Below, piece after piece: positions 56,886-64,000 of a DNA stretch of 64,000 bases; within the stretch, counting starts at the first letter, position 1; every line of letters starts with the position of its first letter. The DNA comes from Bacillota bacterium (lineage in GTDB: Bacteria; Bacillota; Clostridia; Acetivibrionales; DTU013). The stretch lies in contig JAEYOM010000076.1 of NCBI GenBank assembly GCA_023411715.1, positions 12,995-76,994 of the forward strand. The letters are read 5' to 3'. The notes below the pieces were generated by a model. That model was given only the letters and a program-made list of their open reading frames with translations, was not told the origin of the DNA and ran no database searches. A program made the position numbers and the translations under genes.

Positions 56886-58919
56886 TTAGGCTCTGCCCCT
56901 GCTTTTGCGGGCAACAGTTCCTGCATCCTTCCTTCCATTCCTTCCCTTCGCAGTAATTGGCTTTCCTTTTATGTCATTATTATCTGTTCTGGCTTTTAGC
57001 TGGTTCTTATGTGCAGGAGATATACTTTTTTTGTCTTCCGATGGTACCGGGCTCTTTCGATCTGCAGACTTCTTTTTCCTGTTTCCCGCCTGCACCGAAT
57101 TCTTTCGATCCAAAGACATCTTTTCTTTATTGTCCGGCGGCACAAGGCAATCTTTCCCGTGACCGATAAGATCTCCCCTGCCTGCCAGACGCAGCGCTTC
57201 CCTGACGAGGCGCTGGTTCTCCTTTTTCCTGAACTGCAGTAAAGCCCTCTGCATGGCTTTTTCCTTCGGTGACGCCGGTACGTATATCTTTTTCATAGTC
57301 CTCGGATCCAGTGAAGTATAAAACATACAAGTCGACAGAGAACCGGGCGTAGGGTAAAAATCCTGGACCTGTTCGGGAGTGCAGCCTGTTTTCTTCATAT
57401 AGAGTGCAAGTTCTACCGCCGCTTTGAGATCGCTCCCCGGATGGCTGGACATAAGGTAAGGTATCAGGTATTGTTTCTTGCCGATTTCCTGATTTATTTC
57501 GTTATACTTGCTGACAAAGGCATCGTATACCTTTCTTCCGGGTTTGCCCATTTTCTCGAGCACCCTGTCGGATATATGCTCAGGCGCTACCTTCAGTTGT
57601 CCGCTGATGTGATGTTCGCATAATTCCCTGAAAAATTCATCGTTTTTGTCGAGTAACAGATAGTCATATCTTATGCCGGAACGTACAAATACTTTTTTTA
57701 CCCCTTTCAGACCGCGAAGCTTTCTTAAAAGCTCCAGATATTCCCTGTGATCCACCCTAAGGTTTTTACAGGGCTGCGGATAGAGGCACTGCCTGTTTTT
57801 ACAGGTCCCGTATTCTTTTTGCCTTTCGCATGCCGTATCCCTGAAGTTTGCCGTAGGTCCGCCGACATCATGTATATAGCCTTTGAATCCCGGCTGCTTC
57901 ACGAGTTTTCCGGCCTCGTTCAGAATAGAGGACTGGCTGCGTTTCTGTATTACCCTGCCCTGATGAAAATTCAGCGCGCAGAAGGAGCAGCCGCCGTAAC
58001 AGCCGCGATGGCTTGTTATGCTGTACTCGACTTCCTTTATAGCAGGAATTCCGCCGGCTTCGGCATACATTGGGTGGTATGTCCTCTCATAAGGCAGCGA
58101 GTATACTCTGTCGAGTTCTTTCTCCGTCATCGGAAAAGCGGGCGGGTTCTGTACCACAAGCCTGTCGCCGTGCTGCTGCACCAGCGTTCTCCCGTTAATG
58201 GCATCCTGCTCGTTGTACTGCAGCATAAAAGCTTCGGCATAGGTCCTTTTGTCCGAAGAGACAGCTTCAAAAGACGGGATCGTGAGGTATCCGGCATCCG
58301 GGAGTTCCGATTCCGCCGCCATATACGCCGTACCTCTTATATTCCGCAATTTGCTTATCGGTGCGCCTTTAGCCAACAGCTTTGCAATCTCCAGCAGGGG
58401 GCTTTCTCCCATGCCGTATATGAGCATGTCCGCCTTGCTGTCGACCAGTATCGACCGCCTTACCTTGTTGTCCCAGTAATCATAATGGGCAAACCTCCTC
58501 AGGCTCGCTTCTATACCTCCGATGATCACAGGGACTCCCTTGAATGCTTCCCGGACCCTGTTGACATATATGATATCCGCTCTGTCCGGCCGAAAGCCTG
58601 TCTTGCCGCCTGGAGAGTAATTATCTTCACTTCTTGGCTTTTTACTTGAAGTATAATGATTGACCATGGAATCGATAACACCGGAAGAGACTAGTACCGC
58701 CAGTTCAGGACGTCCTAACCTCATGAAGTCATCAACACTATGCCAGTCTGGCTGTGCTATTATCCCCACACGATAGTCTTCGCTTTCGAGAAGACGCGTC
58801 AGGATCGCATGACCAAAGCTGGGGTGATCCACATAAGCATCCCCGCTGATATATAAAAAGTCAAGACTGTCCCAGCCTCTTTCCTCCATGTCCTTCCTGC
58901 TTACAGGTAAAAATGCCAT
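56886..58919 (-). CDS. ygiQ: YgiQ-family (UPF0313) radical SAM protein with Lys-rich C-terminal tail
   Basis: N-terminal YgiQ domain, radical-SAM cluster CYGGCSFC, and a ~100-aa K/R/S-rich tail. ATG 58919 behind GGGAGAGAG. Confidence 0.85.
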   Translation of the reverse strand: MAFLPVSRKDMEERGWDSLDFLYISGDAYVDHPSFGHAILTRLLESEDYRVGIIAQPDWHSVDDFMRLGRPELAVLVSSGVIDSMVNHYTSSKKPRSEDNYSPGGKTGFRPDRADIIYVNRVREAFKGVPVIIGGIEASLRRFAHYDYWDNKVRRSILVDSKADMLIYGMGESPLLEIAKLLAKGAPISKLRNIRGTAYMAAESELPDAGYLTIPSFEAVSSDKRTYAEAFMLQYNEQDAINGRTLVQQHGDRLVVQNPPAFPMTEKELDRVYSLPYERTYHPMYAEAGGIPAIKEVEYSITSHRGCYGGCSFCALNFHQGRVIQKRSQSSILNEAGKLVKQPGFKGYIHDVGGPTANFRDTACERQKEYGTCKNRQCLYPQPCKNLRVDHREYLELLRKLRGLKGVKKVFVRSGIRYDYLLLDKNDEFFRELCEHHISGQLKVAPEHISDRVLEKMGKPGRKVYDAFVSKYNEINQEIGKKQYLIPYLMSSHPGSDLKAAVELALYMKKTGCTPEQVQDFYPTPGSLSTCMFYTSLDPRTMKKIYVPASPKEKAMQRALLQFRKKENQRLVREALRLAGRGDLIGHGKDCLVPPDNKEKMSLDRKNSVQAGNRKKKSADRKSPVPSEDKKSISPAHKNQLKARTDNNDIKGKPITAKGRNGRKDAGTVARKSRGRA

Positions 58920-58981
58920 TACTCTCTCCCGTTGAATGATTCCGTTCAAATAATTGTAGCACAATAATATCCGGTTTAAAC

Positions 58982-60712
58982 CTATCCATTAACTAATTTC
59001 TTTAATTCATCCCTGCCGCGCATACCGTCAAATGCATGATTCTCCCTGATATCCTCAAGAACGCTTTCATTGAGGCTGACCGCCTGCCTGAGGTTTTCGC
59101 CCGCAATCTCATATCTCCCCAGTATTGCGTATATTGCGGCCAGGTGATAGTAGAGCTCACTGTCCGAGGGCTTTATCTCCAGCGCAGATTTATATGCTTC
59201 GATCGCATCGTTATAATTTCTTTGCTCCGTCAGTGCAGCGCCCAGATAATAATATATCTCGAGTTCGTCCGGCTTCACCTCCAGCGCATTTCTGTACGCG
59301 GCAGCCGCCTGGGTATATTTGCCGTCTTCGAAGAAACACATCCCCATATTGAAATACAGGCTGAATTCTTCCGGTTTGCGCCGTATCGCTTCCGAATAGA
59401 CTTCAAGCGCCTCATCACGCCTTCCAAGCGAAGACATTACAATGCCAAGATTATTATAAGCGTCCGTAAAGTCCGGATTTATCCTGATCGCAGTCTTGTA
59501 AGCCTCTATAGCCGTATCATGACTGCCTGCTTCCTCCAACGCTATCGCCAGGTTATAATGGCACTGATAGCTGTCCGGCTTTATCCTGACTGCTTCCTTA
59601 TAAGCAGCAACGGCTTCCTTCCAGCGTTTCAGTTTACCGCACACACCGGCCTTGCTGCTCCATGCCTGAAAATGTTCGGGATCTATCCGGATGATTTCTT
59701 CAAAAACCTGCAGCGCATCCTCCGGCTTTTTCTGCCTTACCAGGACCCTGCCAAGCTCGTCACGCGCCTCCACACTGTCAGCATTGAGCCTTACAGCGTC
59801 CCTGAGCGCTTTTTCGGCTTCTTCCGGCTTGCCTGCCTCATGCAGAAGTTTCCCCAGAATAAATGCGGCCCGGTAATCATCTTCCGCTGATGCGATCTTT
59901 TTTAGCGTTTCAATGCCTTTTTCGGAATCTCCGTTTCTGATATGTGCAAATGCAAGGTTTTCCATGACAGTATTGCTGCTACAGCCTGCCGCTGTCGACC
60001 TTTCATAGCTTTTTACGGCATTTTCGTATTTTTCCAGCATGTAATAAACGTTGCCCATGTTGTAAAAAATGTCGCTTCTGCCTGGTTCATCGGCTCCAAC
60101 CAATTCCTGAGCCTTTCTGTATGCTTCCAGAGCTTCATCGTATCTCCCTAGGCCGTAACATGTGCCTGCCAGATTGTAATACAGCGTATAGGAGGTGTTT
60201 ACAGCTTTTGATAGGGTGTCGTAGATATAATAAGCGTTCTCCGGGTCGTTATCCGCTTTGAGAGCGTTTGCATGGCTGATGCATTTCCTGAAGTTTTTCT
60301 GCAGGTCTTCCGGTAATTTTTGAAGATCCTTTATGATATCTGGTATCTGTATATCGCCGGCAAGCGGATTTATACCTCCCGACAGAAGCGAAGAAACAGC
60401 GCCGGCTGGTGAAGGCGCCTTTTCCACAAGGCCTCCGAAGGCGCCTGTCGTTTTTATCCTGTTGGTCATTGCCCTGTAATCGTAAATTATAAAAAAAGCC
60501 GGAAGAAGTATGCCGAATATTATATAGACTGCCTCAACATAAGGCTCCGCTTCGACATTGTTAATAAAGCTCAGGATCGCCAACGGGATGGGAAATATCT
60601 GCAAGCAAACGGGTATAAGCATGAGCAGGCTTCTTTTTTTGACCATCCTGTAAGCGGAATACAGGAGCAAAACCAGCATTAAAATGATGATAAAGCCATT
60701 GACAAAGGTCAC
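58982..60712 (-). CDS. Membrane-anchored TPR-repeat protein
   Basis: Three N-terminal TM helices followed by about 12 TPR-like repeats. Confidence 0.8.
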   Translation of the reverse strand: MTFVNGFIIILMLVLLLYSAYRMVKKRSLLMLIPVCLQIFPIPLAILSFINNVEAEPYVEAVYIIFGILLPAFFIIYDYRAMTNRIKTTGAFGGLVEKAPSPAGAVSSLLSGGINPLAGDIQIPDIIKDLQKLPEDLQKNFRKCISHANALKADNDPENAYYIYDTLSKAVNTSYTLYYNLAGTCYGLGRYDEALEAYRKAQELVGADEPGRSDIFYNMGNVYYMLEKYENAVKSYERSTAAGCSSNTVMENLAFAHIRNGDSEKGIETLKKIASAEDDYRAAFILGKLLHEAGKPEEAEKALRDAVRLNADSVEARDELGRVLVRQKKPEDALQVFEEIIRIDPEHFQAWSSKAGVCGKLKRWKEAVAAYKEAVRIKPDSYQCHYNLAIALEEAGSHDTAIEAYKTAIRINPDFTDAYNNLGIVMSSLGRRDEALEVYSEAIRRKPEEFSLYFNMGMCFFEDGKYTQAAAAYRNALEVKPDELEIYYYLGAALTEQRNYNDAIEAYKSALEIKPSDSELYYHLAAIYAILGRYEIAGENLRQAVSLNESVLEDIRENHAFDGMRGRDELKKLVNG

Positions 60713-60733
60713 TTCGATTACCTCCCGTCAATA

Positions 60734-63220
60734 TCAATCTCCCTTATCGTTCATCTGCATCTCCTGCCACTGCTGCCTGGATATCAGTATCTGCCTTGGT
60801 TTGCTGCCTTCGAATCCGCCTACGATCCCACGCGCTTCCATCTGGTCGACGATCCTTGCAGCCCTGGCGTAACCGACCTTGAACTTTCGCTGTATCAGCG
60901 ATACCGATGCCTGTCCGGCTTCGACGACAAGGTCTATCGCCCTCGGCAGCAATTCATCGTTATCGCCGCTGTCATTGCTGACAGAGCTATCTTCGCTGTT
61001 AATACCTTCGATTATGTCTTCGTCATAGGAAGCGCTCCCCTGGGATTTGACATAGTCGACGACCTTTTCGACCTCAGAATCTGTTATGTTGGCGCCCTGA
61101 ACTCTGACAGGCTTGGCTTTTCCGACCGGATTCAGCAGCATGTCGCCTCTTCCCAGAAGCTTTTCGGCGCCCGCCATATCGAGGATCGTTCGCGAGTCTA
61201 TCTGTGAGGATACCGCAAAGGATATCCTCGATGGTATATTAGCTTTTATAACGCCTGTAATGACGTCTACCGATGGCCTCTGCGTCGCAATCACGAGATG
61301 CATGCCTGCCGCTCTTGCCATCTGCGCAAGCCTGCAGATCGCATCTTCTACATCATTTGGGGCGACCATCATCAGGTCCGCCAATTCGTCTATTATTATT
61401 ACGACCTGAGGCATCATGGGCTGCTCGCCTGTCTTCGCCATAAGCTCGTTATATCCCTTGATATCTCTTACAGCCTTGTCGGCAAAGAGCTTGTACCGGT
61501 TGACCATTTCCTGTACGGCCCAGTTCAGGGCTCCGGCAGCCTTTTTAGGTTCGGTTACGACCGGTATCAGCAGGTGCGGAATACCGTTGTAAATACCCAA
61601 TTCCACCACCTTCGGATCGATCATAAGAAGTTTTACTTCCTCAGGAGTTGCCTTATAAAGAAGGCTTACGATCAGGCTGTTGATACAGACGCTCTTGCCG
61701 GAACCGGTAGCTCCTGCGATCAACAAATGCGGCATTTTTGCAATATCTATTATGATCGTTTCGCCCGAGACGTCCTTTCCCACTGCAAATGCCAGTTTTG
61801 ACGGGTGCTGTGCGAATTCCTGCGATTCTATGACGTCCCTGATGCGTACCATATTCACTTCTTTGTTCGGAACTTCGATACCGATCGCCGCTTTTCCCGG
61901 TATAGGCGCTTCAAGCCTGATGCCGGGCGCAGCAAGATTCAGCGCGATATCGTCGGACAGATTGACTATCCTGCTCACCTTGACTCCCGCGCTCGGCTGC
62001 AGCTCGTATCTGGTGACCGACGGTCCCCTGGTGACATTTATTACCTTTGCCGAAACGCCGAAGCTGTTCAAAGTCTCCTCAAGCTTCTTTGCGCCTTCAA
62101 GTACCTGGTTGCGATAATTTTTCGAACTTCCTGAATCCATGTCTTCGACCAGAAGCTCGTAGGGCGGATATGCATATTTCATCATCGGACTTTTGGGCGA
62201 TACAGCCCCTTTTATCACTATCTCGGAAAGACCCGAGCCGCTTTCGTCCACAGCCTTTTCCGCTGAGCCCTTCAGTCCGGTATCGTTAACCGAATCAACA
62301 CATTCATCAGTGAACAGTAGCGGTTTTTCCTGCCTCACCTTGGGCTTGCTCTTTTTCAGATCATTTATGACAAGGCTCAGAGGTTCCTCAGCCTCAGCTT
62401 CAGCCGCCGCGGCAGCCATTTCAAACGCAGTGGGTTCAATACCTCCGGTCGATTTCTTTTTACCGGATTTTTCTTTAAGTTCCCGCGAAGTCTTTTCTAT
62501 TCTAAAATCGATGACTTTGGGCTTCTTATCAAAGCGGAGCGACATACCGTTTCCGTCCTGTACGATCTCAGGCTGCGTATCGTCATCGTCATACAGCTCT
62601 TCCTTATCAGCCTTCTTTGAAGGGGTAGCCTTGGCGCTTCCTTTTTCTGCGAAAAGGCTCCGGATGTTTTTCAAGAACCCAGATATTGACGAATTTGTCA
62701 GAAGTATTACATCAACCAGCGACAATGCCGTTATAATAATGATAGTTCCCAAAACGCGAAACGTCAAAAGAAAAGGCAGGCTTATCAGTCCCCCCAGTAC
62801 GCCTCCTCCCATCAATGCCAGCCCGTTGCTGTAAAAAAGTCCGAGAGCCTTTATGGGCGTAAGCCCATTGTAGTTCTCAGGCTTGTAATAACCGGTCTGT
62901 ATCATGGTAGCGGTAAGCAGGAACAGAAATAATATATAAACGGGTTTACCCTTGAGATCCAACTTGTCATGAGCAAAAATCAGGATCGCCGCATAAAGTA
63001 TAATCACCGGCGGAATGAGAAAAGCGGGCAGGCCTATCAAACCAAGCGAGGCCTCCCGGATAAAAGTACCGAATAGTCCGATCGAACCTTTTATGTAAAA
63101 GCTGAGCATCGCCAGAACGCCCAAGGCCAATACCAGTATCCCCCGTATTTCATTTACATAATTGTTCTGCTGCTTTTTCCTGACTGTATACTTTTTCTTT
63201 TGTGTTTTTTTCCCTCTCAA
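60734..63220 (-). CDS. ftsK: DNA translocase FtsK/SpoIIIE
   Basis: N-terminal TM helices, acidic linker, motor domain with Walker [10 protein letters not shown]-terminal gamma wHTH. Confidence 0.94.
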   Translation of the reverse strand: MRGKKTQKKKYTVRKKQQNNYVNEIRGILVLALGVLAMLSFYIKGSIGLFGTFIREASLGLIGLPAFLIPPVIILYAAILIFAHDKLDLKGKPVYILFLFLLTATMIQTGYYKPENYNGLTPIKALGLFYSNGLALMGGGVLGGLISLPFLLTFRVLGTIIIITALSLVDVILLTNSSISGFLKNIRSLFAEKGSAKATPSKKADKEELYDDDDTQPEIVQDGNGMSLRFDKKPKVIDFRIEKTSRELKEKSGKKKSTGGIEPTAFEMAAAAAEAEAEEPLSLVINDLKKSKPKVRQEKPLLFTDECVDSVNDTGLKGSAEKAVDESGSGLSEIVIKGAVSPKSPMMKYAYPPYELLVEDMDSGSSKNYRNQVLEGAKKLEETLNSFGVSAKVINVTRGPSVTRYELQPSAGVKVSRIVNLSDDIALNLAAPGIRLEAPIPGKAAIGIEVPNKEVNMVRIRDVIESQEFAQHPSKLAFAVGKDVSGETIIIDIAKMPHLLIAGATGSGKSVCINSLIVSLLYKATPEEVKLLMIDPKVVELGIYNGIPHLLIPVVTEPKKAAGALNWAVQEMVNRYKLFADKAVRDIKGYNELMAKTGEQPMMPQVVIIIDELADLMMVAPNDVEDAICRLAQMARAAGMHLVIATQRPSVDVITGVIKANIPSRISFAVSSQIDSRTILDMAGAEKLLGRGDMLLNPVGKAKPVRVQGANITDSEVEKVVDYVKSQGSASYDEDIIEGINSEDSSVSNDSGDNDELLPRAIDLVVEAGQASVSLIQRKFKVGYARAARIVDQMEARGIVGGFEGSKPRQILISRQQWQEMQMNDKGD

Positions 63221-63428
63221 AATTACACCCCCGGTCCAATTATTACTATACCATAATTTCTCATTGCCTTCTATAGTTTTTTGATGCGGACGTGCTATAG
63301 TACAATTTGCATAAATGTCACCCGGGCATATCTAATTTTTTAGTAATTATTGATAAATAAAGAAGGATTTTGTGATAATTTGTCTAATTAATTACTATAT
63401 ACTAACAGAATATGAAAGAGGGTACATT

Positions 63429-64000
63429 ATGAGATCTATAAGAGTATTCCTGAATTTAATCAAGCCTGCAGTAACAAAAGCGGCAAATGCTTTAAAGCCG
63501 GTGATTTCGTTGTTTACCTCATTGAAAAGTATCAGGGCCAAACTTATTCTGTCGTTTTTGGTCCCGATCGTTCTATTAGTTTCGCAGGGATATATTTCAT
63601 TCAGCAATACCAAAAATACTACAAAGGATATAGCAAAACAGTCTTCCATCACAGCTATGGAAACAAGCGGAAAATATCTCGACGTAGTGTTCAGATCCGT
63701 TGACGATATTGCCGGGAGGCTGTTTGCAGACCCTGACATTCAGGATTATCTTACGAAGGATTTCACGGATGATCAAGTCTTTGATAAGGCCGAACTATTC
63801 AAAAGAGTCAACAACAAATTTCAGTCCAATTCGAGTTTCAACCCCGATATAAAGAGTATAATGCTGATTTCCGGAAAGGAAGGATCTGCATCAATTTTTA
63901 CAAATATAGTTTTTAACGATTTAAAAGATATGTCTTTCGTGAACAAACTCAATGAAAGCTCTTCCGGTACCTTGTGGTTCGGATACCATAAGGAAATGGA
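63429..64000 (+). CDS. Methyl-accepting chemotaxis protein, N-terminal part (3' end outside window)
   Basis: Not in the supplied ORF track. ATG 63429 behind AAAGAGGG, and the frame is open to the window end. It translates MRSIRVFLNLIKP...ILSFLVPIVLLVSQGYISF (TM helix), then a Cache-like sensor start similar in style to the MCP at 46958-48964. Confidence 0.7.
   Translation, partial: MRSIRVFLNLIKPAVTKAANALKPVISLFTSLKSIRAKLILSFLVPIVLLVSQGYISFSNTKNTTKDIAKQSSITAMETSGKYLDVVFRSVDDIAGRLFADPDIQDYLTKDFTDDQVFDKAELFKRVNNKFQSNSSFNPDIKSIMLISGKEGSASIFTNIVFNDLKDMSFVNKLNESSSGTLWFGYHKEM

Noticed and set aside
63395-63739. 114-aa minus-strand ORF at the right end.
   Set aside because: It is antisense to a plus-strand frame that has a proper SD, ATG, TM helix and MCP-like sensor sequence. 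The minus-strand ORF has no SD and no motifs.

Overview
This 64-kb segment reads like core chromosome of a spore-forming, Clostridia-class Firmicute. Supporting features are spoVS, rny-ymdB, an SLH-domain protein, T-box and PyrR attenuators and Cheo-type LexA boxes; GC is roughly high-40s % by eye. I call 50 CDS, 45 on the minus strand, in long co-directional operons. In window order: hisJ-like (partial); Rrf2 regulator-nifS-nifU-mnmA; larA-like; rarA; glyA; cysteine desulfurase-thiI-VanW-DUF2225-AIR-synthase-like; SLH-GH18 plus a TPR/PMT-like membrane protein (plus strand); a divergent yneA-like/lexA SOS module; nagZ-miaB-ymcA(ricA)-mutS-mutL-miaA-hfq; T-box-controlled metG; a low-GC two-gene protease island; a pyr operon (pyrR-B-C-F-carA-carB-pyrK-pyrD, then a histidine phosphatase and an atypical OPRT-like gene); an MCP; yfiH-SBP-lspA-rluD; rny-ymdB-spoVS; ygiQ; a TPR protein; ftsK; and a second MCP (partial, absent from the supplied ORF track). 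I saw no rRNA, tRNA, CRISPR, transposase, integrase or recognisable defence genes. I did not find a convincing novel multi-gene protein system. The non-obvious content is RNA-level and regulatory: (1) a glycine riboswitch with terminator in front of glyA, preceded by a ~140-nt aptamer-like but degenerate domain; (2) a ~235-nt rny leader with three tandem 43-44-nt stem-loop modules showing a compensatory base-pair change; (3) an array of about 11.5 15-nt units between pyrC and pyrF whose unit copies the pyrF Shine-Dalgarno segment (CAGGACGG motifs); (4) a 7x 25-nt iteron-like array abutting a consensus promoter; (5) further small tandem arrays and in-frame repeats. Gene-level oddities are a divergent MetRS, a non-canonical OPRT-like gene, an orphan larA, and a translationally coupled DUF2225/AIR-synthase-like pair. 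All family assignments rest on motif recognition by eye; no searches were run.
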